Shown: positions 34,401 through 43,941 of the stretch, piece after piece
Numbering within the stretch: position 1 is the stretch's first letter
How the letters are laid out: every line of letters starts with the position of its first letter
Notes under the pieces: model-generated
What the model was told of the DNA's origin: nothing
Databases searched by the model: none
Seen by the model: only the letters and a program-made list of their open reading frames with translations
Program-made: the position numbers and the translations under genes
Assembly (NCBI GenBank): GCA_000002445.1
Contig: CH464491.1
Coordinates: 608,001-672,000 of the forward strand
DNA: 64,000 nucleotides
Direction of reading: 5' to 3'
DNA from: Trypanosoma brucei
Lineage: Eukaryota

Positions 34401-34516
34401 TAGAGACGCTCCTTCAGTATCGCTTTGCCCTTAATGCCGTCGACGAAGCTCATGATGACATTACTGATTACGTTGATGATTTCGAAGACATTATTTTTGA
34501 TGATTACGATGCCTAG
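31451..34516 (+). CDS. hypothetical acidic Ser/Asp/Val-rich protein (~1021 aa)
   Basis: The track ORF starts at GTG 31295. In-frame ATGs are at 31373 and 31451. I prefer 31451 because a second polypyrimidine tract (ttttcatgtattttttctcctattaaag) with an AG sits immediately upstream, and because residues 1-52 of the long version are a hydrophobic low-complexity stretch. The C-terminal third carries degenerate D/E-V-D-D repeats (DEVDDE, VDDVAD, DDITDYVDDFEDIIFDDYDA). No domain recognised. Confidence 0.65.
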   Translation: MYKQHTNFAAANTPLFTQLFGSVAADTSKPQQRVEKDTSEEFNRRNSADPAQLSRGRIVEMQSSGSKRYQTADSATQTTLPCSEVVGSNTEETTQNFLRACQPQEVGPPPCAEFKPMDVEGGADISVEDDVPAWKKPTIPFRKMMQELEKRFHEQMDVHRGLKSTMERLDVLRSEISLYQAEQRTAKLAEALHQKNAYSIERAAQLSASAYAYAESLSAFSPKPPPAITTAPPQQQTKAAASETTPFLKSILESYQKEREGKTRGKNGEATDVPVKKALSVDIIRQPEEPLPYKRVYYVPVVEEKPNSVSAVREDGVNDVNSTVREGNGAGASTSSVSVVAAGPSAASNSEISIESGGVSANTSVGSSEVGTNVISQSLDTDQVSETRSLSAASSRNSPPSPTSSTPSVNELSASTGHSSIADETGSSIKSSHSTNILATRNEGKAEPLVTTLKEFYRACGNANRLMQALLGRNIRLTAVTPKKKGDAYKEREEHSASSESSDSRNVKQSEKPEWLAALKRDVRDIRKLRRFIDRMKRNIKSIDCHHRAQEVRRKLFVKAQRLAKAQRRVRNNMDAVSDVMDEIADIIRSDASGAGDEDEVVDDISVAFSAEGSDSIMDEVDDEFNFGGTTRSGGGISDEVDDEVVDELQQSRLGSADDDVVTDVVSELSWAKEESDFAEALAEVSDINDLLDDEVPLPDEESLMDDVVDEDLPPASSIETEGSIEDRVAAAGVDDVADNVISGAVDGIVDDVEDAASSAVITEESSADNADVSSVMPASSASTRSSEDTEDSVKRMRDMSMSRIYDDTESAESALNELERAMRIPTKQRSLSSSGAHPVNFLGLDIQNAMSAETLVTEELKDGYVVRSDSHTWESTLHNDVAFPPAPADITLSADINTNPPTLRSLSTPTSVASVAGLPVKAPGCANYETDDIVAQLNWKERQLLLFEKIHPKTMWTQAETEDTPADAEGPVEGRAGYHWGMLETLLQYRFALNAVDEAHDDITDYVDDFEDIIFDDYDA

Positions 34517-34888
34517 GAGAAGAGTTCGTCAGGTGCTTCTGAAGGCCTCGCTACCTGAAGGTGCGTTGGGAAGCCGGAACATTATTGAATGCGGAGCGTC
34601 CAGCAGTGTGATGCCACTGTTGTTCTTTTATCGACTCAAAGTGCACTGTTGAGTCCAAACTTGGTGTCGGGTGAGCGTGTGCGTGCACACCTAAGACACA
34701 CCGCTATAGAATTGGAAATACACAAATGTACACGTAGACGCGCGATCTTCACCTACATTATGAATTGCACATCTTTCCATTTGCTACTCATTATTTTATA
34801 ATTATTTCACTTTGCTTTGGCACCATTCAAAGCAAATCCCATACACCTACACACTATAGATGCATATATTAGATGTTTTCATGGACTG

Positions 34889-35070
34889 CCCCGCCAGTAT
34901 CTTCCATTTGTCCCTTCCAGAGGGATATAAGAACCATTTTTTTGTTTTTTTACTTTATATGCTCATGTATTGTGTTTCCACTATAATCCTCGCCACACCA
35001 CTGTTCAGGAATAACCGATTTTGTGTACTGGCGATCCGTTACAACATTTTTTTCCCGTATCTTTTATATT
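34889..35070 (+). promoter_or_regulatory. polypyrimidine-rich region upstream of the strumpellin gene
   Basis: Long CT-rich runs (ccatttgtcccttccag..., tttttttgtttttttactttatatgctc, ttttttcccgtatcttttatattccgtcttttgcc) precede ATG 35294. Confidence 0.35.
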
Positions 35071-35293
35071 CCGTCTTTTGCCGAAGCGATATTTGAAACC
35101 GCTGAGGAGACGAGGTGCCCCCCAAAACCGCTAGCGCGCTTACTTTATTCGGTTGGTACTCCTCGCACTGGGGCATTAAATCTCCTTGATTAAGTTGTGG
35201 TATTACGTGATTGTGGTCGCTACGCAAGAAAAAAAAAACATTTACCGTAGGGTGGGGGGTGGGGGATAAGGGGGCCAATTGTCTCTAGTGTAG

Positions 35294-38200
35294 ATGAGCC
35301 AACAAAAGGGGAAGAAACATCGCTCGGACTTTCTCGATGACGACTGTGGTCAGAGTGCATTGCAGCTCGCAGCACGTGGTAGTGCAATCATCGTGGAGTT
35401 GCTTCGCCTTTCGCAACACATACCACGGGAGTTTGTGCATCCAGAGGAGTCGGAATACGCGGCGATCATAAGTGACTTCTCCTACTTCAAGGCAACAGAG
35501 GCATTCGAGGAGAACATTTCTAAATCTGAGGTGCTACTTCAGAGGGATGAGGTCTTCGGCAATACCCATGTGGAGTTTCTTGACCGCTGCTTCAAGTTGT
35601 TTCGCGGTGTATTTGGTTACGTAGTGGAACTCAACCGATTCGTGGAGGAAATACTCGATGGTATGTACGTCTCACACACTATTGAGTCCATCTTGGCAGA
35701 TATCGATGGCAAGCAAATTCTTTGTGAAATATATCACCTCTACGGAGTTATGCTACTACTGCTTGACCACAGATTTGGTGGGAAAATACGGGAGTATATT
35801 CTCGTTAGTTACATACGCTATAAGGGGACTAGTGAGCCGAACATGATGGATGTGACGAGTTTGTGCCGCACAACCGGGTACCGTTGCGACTCAGCAAATG
35901 GGCTACCGCCGAATTACCCATTATCATACTTCAATCGCGTTCCAGTTGACAAAAAGGTCGTTGGAACCATTATTGGTCGTATTCGATCCGATGACATTTA
36001 TCAGATGTCGTACAACTTTCCGGTGCCCGAGCACCGTAGCGCTGCTTTGTCTTTACAAGGAGCTGTGTTGTACGTGCTTCTTTTTTTCAAACCTGAGATA
36101 CTCCAACATGAGGGGCCCGTTATGCGTGAAATTGTGGACAAACACTTCGCTGATAATTGGATCATTAATTACTACATGGGATTCACCGTGGACCTTATGG
36201 TGGCATGGCGTGAGTTCCCAGCCGCGAGGAATGCCATCAGTGGCACTGTGACTTTGGAAAACATTGGATATTATATGACGCGGCAACGGCAGAGCATGTC
36301 GAGCGTGTACGATTCAATCGAGGAGGTTCTCCGCCAAGGAGTTCTCACCGAGCAGTACGTGTTGGACAATATTCATTCCACATTGCTTCCACTCATTCGC
36401 GAGGCGAATGTTGTGCTGCGTTGGTTTGTGCTACACACACACCGACTTGATGGCCGCAATTTCTATCATGAGAAAAGTAGACAAATTTACGAAATGATTG
36501 CTGGGTGCGTAAGGGACGATGATATCATCATGTTGCTTCTGCGCACAGCTCAGCTAGAGTTTACTCTGCGAGCCATGTTTGCGAACCTGTTGAAGCAGAA
36601 AAGAGCCCGCTGGGAATCCTCCCGACAGGAGGGGGCAATGAAAATGGCCAAATTGTCCACTTTTTTCTCGGGAAAGCACGTTTTGAGTGATGACATGTGC
36701 GACCCGCAGCTGGAGGCGTGGTTTATGGAGATATCGCAAAGAATCGAGGGTTTGGAATATGCTAACAGTACCATTGCCAGCAGGAAGATTCAAAAACTGA
36801 TAAAGGCTTTGGAAAATGTGCAAGAGTTTCATCAGGTTGATAGCAACTTACAGGTGATTCAATTTGTACAAGACACTCGTTTCCTTCTACTCCAAATGAT
36901 ACGTTACATCAATATTGAGAATAAAGTTCTTATTACCATTGCCACTGTTGGGGATGTCTCCTACGCCTGGGAGAGTATGGCATACTACAACAATTATGTA
37001 ATTGCAATGCAGTTGAAGATTAAGCAGAAACCTGATCTTGCAGTGCAGATGCGCGCAGTTTTCATGAAACTGGCGTCGCTGCTCGAGCTGCCATGCAATC
37101 GGATCGATCAAGGAGCGCAGAATGATGCACGCCTTCTAGTAGCCCTTGAAAGCACCTCTGAGTATTACTCTGGGGAGTTGGTGGCCTTTGCTCGACGAGT
37201 TCTGCACATTATCCCTACTTCCATTTTCAGTATTCTCCGACAGGTTATGGACATTCTTACCAACCACCTACATGAGTGCCCAACGAAACTGGCAAGGAAA
37301 GAAATGAAGGGGCAAAGTCAACTGAACGTGCGGAAAGCACTTTCGACTCACACAGCTGACATTGTGAAATACGCAAGCGGCATTTTGGCGATGGAAAGTA
37401 CACTTGTCGGGATTATCCAGGTGGATCCTCATCAGCTTCTTGAAGATGGCATAAGGAAGGAACTTCTTCAACAAATAACGATGGAATTACACAACTCACT
37501 TCTCTTCGACGCGAAAAAACCGCCTTCGGCCGCCTCCTTTAATGAGGGGCTTGCTCGGCTCGCTCAAAAGTTGAACGGCATTCGCGCCTCCTTCGAGTAC
37601 ATTCAGGATTATGTAAATGTACACGGTCTTAGGATTTGGTTGGAAGAGTTCTCACGGATTGTGAACTTTAACGTGGAGATGGAGTGTAATGCGTTTTTAC
37701 AAAAGAAGTTATATCCATGGGAATCACAGTATCAGTCGGAGAGTATTCCCATCCCTTACTTCGAGCCAACACCTGGTCGATCAACATACAGTTTTCTTGG
37801 AGGAATTTCGCAGCATCTCATTGCCATCACTGACCCCTCACACGCCCTTTTCCTCAAGTCATATGGGGCTTGGTTCGAACGCAACTCACTCGAGGAAGTT
37901 GTTGGCTCACGAACCTTTGCTAGCATAGGAGAAGCCATCGGTTCCATGGGGCTCGTTGCACTTGACAGGATGTTGTGTTTCATTATTGCGAAGAACCTAC
38001 AACAATTGCTGAAGACCATTCGGGCCACTTTAGAGCCGTTGGAAGAAACGGTTATGAACCTGGCGGAGGAACTTTGTTCCAGTAGCCATGACCCTAGGAA
38101 GCTTATTGAAATTTACGAAAAACTGATGAAGTTGATCAATAGCAGTGGCGGTGAGGGTAGTGTCCCCCTGGAGACGAAGGAATACAACAATCGCGTTGTG

Positions 38201-38947
38201 ATTAAGGACCACCTGGCCGAGGTGACAAAACTTATGGTGCTCGTTGGAAGGATCCAGATCATGCGTGTGATGATTGCGCACGAGCTCCGTTCGTTTTGTA
38301 AACTTAATAGCGGCTCGCTCTTTGCTGCCTTATCTACGGTTAATGAAGCTCTGCTGACAGACCTGCAGCATCACTATCATAGTCCCGATTCCCATCCGAT
38401 GCCTGGTGAAATTATAAACGCTGTTTCGCCTTTTCTGGACTGTGCTGGTATAAGTGACGCTTTGACGAAAGTGTACGTTACATCCAAACCAATCCCATCG
38501 TTTGTGTTTTACCTGATTGCTCTCACATTACGAAACATACCGCGAATGCGTTACGATGATAAACTCGCCTCCATGGTGCCGTCAGAACTCAAGTACCTGC
38601 TGGATCCTGAGGCCCTCGTCATTGCTCTTGCTTTACTCCTGAAACAATTTCATTCAGATCAGCTGGTTCTGTTTTTGAACCACCTTTCCCGCGTGGTATG
38701 TGCTGTCGTCCGAAACTTTTACGAAGATTCGCAGCAACAACAACAACAGAAACAAAAGCAAAAGAAGAAGGATAGTGGTCCACAACAAAGGCTGGATGAT
38801 ATCCTGCCCGAAGACGCCGAGAAAATAGTGCACGTAATTCACGGAGTGGCAGAAGCCACAGGGGCCCCCACCTTAGATCTTCACCGCATGTTTCCGGCCC
38901 CGCTCTCTGGAGATTTTCGGTTGCCCGTTACTAAAGGAAAAGGCTGA
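35294..38947 (+). CDS. WASHC5: strumpellin homologue (WASH complex subunit 5)
   Basis: At 1217 aa it is the size of strumpellin. Several blocks match my memory of metazoan strumpellin: GSAIIVELLRLSQHIPREF (cf. GNAIIAELLRLSEFIP); DFSYFK; DGKQILCEIYHLYGVMLLLLDHRFGGKIREYILVSYIRYKG (cf. [39 protein letters not shown]); IGRIRSDDIYQMSYNFPVPEHRSAAL (cf. IGRLRSDDIYNQ...PLPEHRSTAL); DNWIINYYMGFTVDL; LQVIQFVQDTRFLLLQMIRYINI. Confidence 0.8.
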   Translation: MSQQKGKKHRSDFLDDDCGQSALQLAARGSAIIVELLRLSQHIPREFVHPEESEYAAIISDFSYFKATEAFEENISKSEVLLQRDEVFGNTHVEFLDRCFKLFRGVFGYVVELNRFVEEILDGMYVSHTIESILADIDGKQILCEIYHLYGVMLLLLDHRFGGKIREYILVSYIRYKGTSEPNMMDVTSLCRTTGYRCDSANGLPPNYPLSYFNRVPVDKKVVGTIIGRIRSDDIYQMSYNFPVPEHRSAALSLQGAVLYVLLFFKPEILQHEGPVMREIVDKHFADNWIINYYMGFTVDLMVAWREFPAARNAISGTVTLENIGYYMTRQRQSMSSVYDSIEEVLRQGVLTEQYVLDNIHSTLLPLIREANVVLRWFVLHTHRLDGRNFYHEKSRQIYEMIAGCVRDDDIIMLLLRTAQLEFTLRAMFANLLKQKRARWESSRQEGAMKMAKLSTFFSGKHVLSDDMCDPQLEAWFMEISQRIEGLEYANSTIASRKIQKLIKALENVQEFHQVDSNLQVIQFVQDTRFLLLQMIRYINIENKVLITIATVGDVSYAWESMAYYNNYVIAMQLKIKQKPDLAVQMRAVFMKLASLLELPCNRIDQGAQNDARLLVALESTSEYYSGELVAFARRVLHIIPTSIFSILRQVMDILTNHLHECPTKLARKEMKGQSQLNVRKALSTHTADIVKYASGILAMESTLVGIIQVDPHQLLEDGIRKELLQQITMELHNSLLFDAKKPPSAASFNEGLARLAQKLNGIRASFEYIQDYVNVHGLRIWLEEFSRIVNFNVEMECNAFLQKKLYPWESQYQSESIPIPYFEPTPGRSTYSFLGGISQHLIAITDPSHALFLKSYGAWFERNSLEEVVGSRTFASIGEAIGSMGLVALDRMLCFIIAKNLQQLLKTIRATLEPLEETVMNLAEELCSSSHDPRKLIEIYEKLMKLINSSGGEGSVPLETKEYNNRVVIKDHLAEVTKLMVLVGRIQIMRVMIAHELRSFCKLNSGSLFAALSTVNEALLTDLQHHYHSPDSHPMPGEIINAVSPFLDCAGISDALTKVYVTSKPIPSFVFYLIALTLRNIPRMRYDDKLASMVPSELKYLLDPEALVIALALLLKQFHSDQLVLFLNHLSRVVCAVVRNFYEDSQQQQQQKQKQKKKDSGPQQRLDDILPEDAEKIVHVIHGVAEATGAPTLDLHRMFPAPLSGDFRLPVTKGKG

Positions 38948-39558
38948 CCACTTTTATTGCTTTCAGTGGCTCTTCTCGACAATAATCCACTTGCTCCTTG
39001 CGACTTTTTTTGTATGACCTGTCGGTTTGCTACATTACTGTTTTTTGCTTTTGCTAGTAGCTGTTGCCGTGTCTTCCCTCGGAGTTAACTTCTCTGCGAT
39101 CCCTGAGAAATGAAAAGGCTTCACTGTTTGTGTGCTACAGTTGTATCGGCTGATACGGAGGAATGAATGAAATGGATTACATAAACTTGTTCTCTGTTGT
39201 TGCACTTCTACGTTTGTGAGAGGTTATGTGCTTCCGCAATAGGAAGTGCCGCCTCCCTGCTGCCGTTGGTCCTTGCGATAATTCACCGCAAACCTATCAC
39301 CTGTGCTCCGCCCTCGTTTCGTCTATTCTTGTTTTTCGTGCGCAAACTTTCTCCAACGTGTTCCTGCACTTGCTTGGTCGTGGGTTCATTCTTTTGACGG
39401 TCTGTTGGAATCGCCCCAAATGGATGTGCGTCCAAAAGAGTTTAGGAGGGCGTTGAAGTAAGTACAAAGGGGAGGGAAGCAACCACCATCGTTAAATTTC
39501 GGCGAGAATATATATATATAAGTGGTCAAAGGCAAAGAAAAGGAGGCAAGTTGAGGTT

Positions 39559-41076
39559 ATGAATGTCCTTGAAGATCTTGAAGCTCAGGTAGCAACAGCA
39601 AGACTTAGACTTCATGAGCTGGAGGAGCGGCTGCACGAAGAGCGGAACCGAGTCAACTCGTGTGGAGCTGATGTGCTCACCTCTAGTGGCCCTTCTTCCA
39701 TTGACAATAGCGGAGGCTCTACTGCAGGAGAGACTCCGTCTTTCGTATCGTCGTCTGGTTCTTTGACGAAATCTGACGTTGAGAGGTTTTCCCGACAGAT
39801 TGTGCTGGAAGATATAGGCGCTAAGGGAATGGATCGCATTCGGCGAGGACGTGTTTTACTGGTCGGTGCTGGTGGTTTGGGTAGTACAGCTGCTCTCTAC
39901 CTTGTCGCTGCTGGTGTTGGTGAACTTTGCATTGTTGATTTTGACACTGTAGAGCACAGCAACCTTCATCGGCAGATAATACACAACACAATGCGTGTTG
40001 GTATGTCGAAAGCCGAGAGTGCGGTTCAGTCATGTTTAGCCCTCAACCCTCGAGCCAAGATTCGAGCCATCACGGCCCCCTTCACACCCGCAAACGCAGA
40101 AGAACTTGTGCGTGGTTGTGACGTTGTGGTGGATGGTTCTGACAATGTGGCGACACGTTACTTAATTAACGATGCAGCGGCGCGTTATCGTCGACCATTG
40201 GTGAGTGGCAGTGCGTTGCGATGGGAGGGGCAATTAAGTGTTTACTGCGGCGGCCTAAGCTGCCCCTGCTATCGTTGCCTCTTTCCAACGCCTCCACCAG
40301 CATCGGCTGTGGGAAGCTGTAATGACACTGGAGTGGTTGGCCCCGTGCCCGGTTGTATTGGGTGTTTGCAAGCCACAGAGGCTCTTAAGTTGTTGGCGGG
40401 TGCAGGTGATGTCCTCGAGGGTCGGCTGCTTTTGCTTGACGCCTTGCGGATGCAACTCCGCGTCGTTCGGTTGCGGGGGCGCCAGAAAGACTGCCCGGCT
40501 TGTGGGGAGGCTGCGAAACTTAACGTTGGCAAATCGCTTCAGCAACTTGCCGCGGAGCGACCAGAATATGTTATGCCATCGTGTGCCTCAGGAGCGCTGC
40601 GGAGCGCAAATATGTTGCCTGCTGAGGCCAACGTGGCTCCTTCTGTGTATTTTTCCGTGTTGCAGAAGCTTTTAAGGGGTGAAAGGATGTCGTGGATGAC
40701 CCTTGACGTACGGCCCAAGGAGCAGTACGACATGGCCCATCTGCCTCACAGTGTCTCTCTCCCATTAAAGCAACTGGAGATGTGGAAGCGTGACGGTGTG
40801 CTTCAAAACGAGTGGGAGAAATTTGTCAACAGCGTACCGTGCGCCAGCAGAGGGCCGATGGATGTCTACGTCATTTGCCGTCGTGGTATTTCATCCGTAA
40901 AAGCTATGCAGGTGCTTCTTCCGCTTCAGGAGTGGTGCCCTAAAAGTTGTGGAACGGATGTAGACGGCAAAGCAGCGATACATCAAAATCCCGGCAAACG
41001 GTTTCGCTTCATTAATGTGGATGGGGGGCTGAATCGCTACCACCGTGAAGTAGACAGAAACTTCCCCTTTTACTAA
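39559..41076 (+). CDS. MOCS3: MOCS3/Uba4-type adenylyltransferase and sulfurtransferase (URM1/MOCS2A activating enzyme, ThiF/MoeB fold plus rhodanese domain)
   Basis: The ThiF/MoeB nucleotide-binding region is present (FSRQIVLEDIGAKGMDRIRRGRVLLVGAGGLGSTAALYLVAAGVGELCIVDFDTVEHSNLHRQIIH). Paired CxxC zinc motifs are present (CPCYRC ... CPAC). A C-terminal rhodanese-like domain carries an active-site Cys loop (VYVICRRGISS). Confidence 0.85.
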   Translation: MNVLEDLEAQVATARLRLHELEERLHEERNRVNSCGADVLTSSGPSSIDNSGGSTAGETPSFVSSSGSLTKSDVERFSRQIVLEDIGAKGMDRIRRGRVLLVGAGGLGSTAALYLVAAGVGELCIVDFDTVEHSNLHRQIIHNTMRVGMSKAESAVQSCLALNPRAKIRAITAPFTPANAEELVRGCDVVVDGSDNVATRYLINDAAARYRRPLVSGSALRWEGQLSVYCGGLSCPCYRCLFPTPPPASAVGSCNDTGVVGPVPGCIGCLQATEALKLLAGAGDVLEGRLLLLDALRMQLRVVRLRGRQKDCPACGEAAKLNVGKSLQQLAAERPEYVMPSCASGALRSANMLPAEANVAPSVYFSVLQKLLRGERMSWMTLDVRPKEQYDMAHLPHSVSLPLKQLEMWKRDGVLQNEWEKFVNSVPCASRGPMDVYVICRRGISSVKAMQVLLPLQEWCPKSCGTDVDGKAAIHQNPGKRFRFINVDGGLNRYHREVDRNFPFY

Positions 41077-41537
41077 AATCCATTGATTTACCTATTAAGG
41101 TAATCGGACGTCGTGCCCCCACATCTGGTAACGCAACACATATCACATCTTTGACAAAAAAAAGAAGGGAACATAGCCCGCCAACAAGCATTTTTGTCTC
41201 TCCCCTAAAATCAACCGAACTTGTTCTTTTCACTTGCTCCCTTCTGCATGGGATTGCTTTCGTGCCTGGCGTGCACCCTGAAAATGGATGGGAAACGAAG
41301 TATAAAAGTAAGTTTATTATATAACCTTTGCGTCTTTCCCGTCTTTGGCAGCACAAACGTGCGTTTCGTTTCGTCCGATTGCTGCATCGCTCGTGCTGTA
41401 TCGGATGGCTGATTGTGCTTTGTTTCTATTACCGATTCGTCGTTTTGCAACTTTTGCTTTCTTTTACCGCTAAACTCTTCCATGAGCTTCGTTTAGGGAA
41501 GGAAAGGAGTTCAGCAAATTGTGGTTAACTGAATACC

Positions 41538-43124
41538 ATGAGCCGTCCGTATACCAAAGGAGGTGGCCCCAACCGAGCCGACAGCCGAAGGCGACGGAAA
41601 GGTGACTACGATCGTGATGTCCTCACCGATCGCGGTGGACATAATAGCAGTTGGAATGCTAAACCTGATAGAAGTCGGCGAGGCAGTCGGGGTGGTTCCG
41701 GTCCGCCGGGAAAAGGGACTGGCGGTAGTGATAATCAAGTCCCGCAGTCAACAATGATGACAACTCTGTTGGACCTTCTCTTTCAGAAGTCTTCCAGTGT
41801 CATCTTCAACCGGGAGTCTGGCATGTTAAATCTTTCAAACTTCAGTCAGTCTCAGGATCTTACTGATGTTCGAAAGAGTGTGGACTTTAACAACGTCACA
41901 TTCTGCCGGAGCCTTGTGAGTGTCATCAAGAGTCACATGGGGTCGATGCTACGGGCTGTTGCTGTCAACGACAATAAGATAACCAAATTGTCTGTTTTCT
42001 TGTCGGCGTTGGTGGAGGCTGACCTTCACATTGGGATCACAGCGTTATCGGCCACCGGGAACACCATTGACGACCTCTCCTTTATTGGACCCCTGAAACG
42101 TTTTGTTAACCTTGGTGAATTAGTTTTAAAGGAGAACCCCGTAACGAGACGGGAGGATTACAATTCAAGTGTGATTCAAAAGGTCAAGTCACTCATGATG
42201 CTTGACGACAAGGTTATTAACCGCGCACCGTTGCGCCTCCCCAACCCAATACCATCAAGCCTTTCGCAACTTCAGTTTCAGGTTTTATATTTCCTTGAGG
42301 CTGACGTTTTCTCCGCTGCGGCGGAAGGGAAATGGGATACCCTGACGGGGGTCTATGCTAAAAATGCCCTCTTTAGTGTTAGTCGTTCAGAGGAACCCAT
42401 TGCGTGCCGCATCCCATTTGATGCGAAGCACAAATCAGACACACTAAACCCAACCCAGCGCAAGGTAATGACAGACGACTTCGTTTTTTTGCGTAAGAAT
42501 GTGCCATGGCGGAATCTTCACGTAGAAATTCATTCTTTACGTTCCATCGCTTGCGGGCAAACGAAGGCTGTGAAAGCCATCAATATCCTCGGAGGGGGTG
42601 AGAGAAAGTTTTTTTCCGTATCGCATGAACTCAATGGTAATGCCAATGTTGTGTTCCTATCGGACAACATGGCGGTACCAACATGTGTCCTAACAATTCA
42701 TGGAAGGTTGTTTTGGCACTGGTCACCAATAGATGGTGGCGAAAAGATATTTGCGCGCGATGATGCCCCTTTTGTGAGTTGTTTTTTCCACCGCACCATG
42801 TCCTTAACGTTGGACCCAAACGGGACGACATGGTCGGTGCACAATGATATGATGTTTCTTCGCCCTGACCGACTCCTCCGGCAGGAAAGTGGTGAAAAGG
42901 CCCTTCCTATGTTCTTTGCGAATGATCCCATGCGAATTGAGGAAATGCGGCGTCGGTACCTTCCACAAGCAAAAACTGATGTGATGAAAACCATTGTGGA
43001 AGCCGTAAGCAGCGATGCCGACGTTGTAGGTTTTATTCAGAATTGTCTTGCGAAACTGCCACCGGATCAACTGGAAATCGCCTTGTCGGCAAGTGATGTC
43101 ATGGCAAACTTACTTGGAGGTTAA
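41538..43124 (+). CDS. MEX67b: NXF/Mex67-family nuclear mRNA export factor paralogue lacking the CCCH finger (Mex67b-like)
   Basis: It is collinear with the ORF at 52345 from the LRR region onwards. Aligned blocks include MLNLSNFSQSQDLTDV versus VLNLTQFKEIPDLTDV, GELVLKENPVTRREDY versus REIVLRDNPIANRSDY, and KSLMMLD versus KKLMPSLIGLD. The N-terminus is basic and RG-rich with no C3H motif. The LRR is followed by an NTF2-like region. Confidence 0.7.
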   Translation: MSRPYTKGGGPNRADSRRRRKGDYDRDVLTDRGGHNSSWNAKPDRSRRGSRGGSGPPGKGTGGSDNQVPQSTMMTTLLDLLFQKSSSVIFNRESGMLNLSNFSQSQDLTDVRKSVDFNNVTFCRSLVSVIKSHMGSMLRAVAVNDNKITKLSVFLSALVEADLHIGITALSATGNTIDDLSFIGPLKRFVNLGELVLKENPVTRREDYNSSVIQKVKSLMMLDDKVINRAPLRLPNPIPSSLSQLQFQVLYFLEADVFSAAAEGKWDTLTGVYAKNALFSVSRSEEPIACRIPFDAKHKSDTLNPTQRKVMTDDFVFLRKNVPWRNLHVEIHSLRSIACGQTKAVKAINILGGGERKFFSVSHELNGNANVVFLSDNMAVPTCVLTIHGRLFWHWSPIDGGEKIFARDDAPFVSCFFHRTMSLTLDPNGTTWSVHNDMMFLRPDRLLRQESGEKALPMFFANDPMRIEEMRRRYLPQAKTDVMKTIVEAVSSDADVVGFIQNCLAKLPPDQLEIALSASDVMANLLGG

Positions 43125-43180
43125 GAAGGGAATATAAAGAAGACATCAAAGTTGTAATACCAGTGCAGTCCTAGTTCGTC

Positions 43181-43210
43181 TGTGTTTGTGTGTGTGTGTG
43201 TGTGTGTGTT
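43181..43210. repeat. (GT)n microsatellite
   Basis: tgtgtttgtgtgtgtgtgtgtgtgtgtgtgtt, just downstream of the Mex67b-like gene. Confidence 0.9.
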
Positions 43211-43820
43211 TTAAGTGGGAGAAGCGACGAGTTGGAAAGAAAATATTAATCCTCCAGAAGCATGGACCCAAATAACTTTTTAAAAGGGCAGGGTACCTTT
43301 TTTTTTTTCGTGTGGTGCTTGAAACTAAAAGGGACCTGTGGCCCAATGTAAGTGCCGGAGAATGAAACAAATGGCGAGGTGACGCGTTTTAACAAACTGA
43401 CCCAGGGAAGAGGCAGTGCCACCTACTCAAGTGTGCATATATGTGCGCTAAGGTAGTTGATGGACAGGAACTAAAAAGAAAAAAAGGGGAAAAAGCAATC
43501 ATGGACTAAGGGGAGTGAAAACTAATAAAACAAAGTTTAAAAAAAATAGAGAGCAGGAAATGAAGTGTTTCCGTTTCTGCATCGCAGGATGTGGAAAAGT
43601 GCGGTTCAACGTGTCGTCCGTTTGGGTTGTCATTATCACGCAGGCACATCTCAATGATATTATCCGTGCACTCATAATGTTCATGTTTCGAGGGAATGCC
43701 ACGACGTACAAGTTGCAGAATTCACTTCGCTTATTTCTACGTCTCATTTCAACGTATTGTTTTAGTGGTAATTGATGCGAGGATTATGACTGTAGCGAAA
43801 CAAATATGCGAATGTTCAAA

Positions 43821-43846
43821 TGTGTGTGTGTGTGTGTGTGTGTGTG
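43821..43846. repeat. (GT)n microsatellite
   Basis: tgtgtgtgtgtgtgtgtgtgtgtgtg. Confidence 0.9.
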
Positions 43847-43905
43847 GGAAGCCTCAACGCTGCCGGCTGGAACTACACGCTGTTTCTCAACCGTATAAGC
43901 CAAAA

Positions 43906-43909
<4 letters not shown>

Positions 43910-43939
<30 letters not shown>
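43910..43939. repeat. (TA)n microsatellite
   Basis: tatatatatatatatatatatatatatatg. Confidence 0.9.
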
Positions 43940-43941
<2 letters not shown>

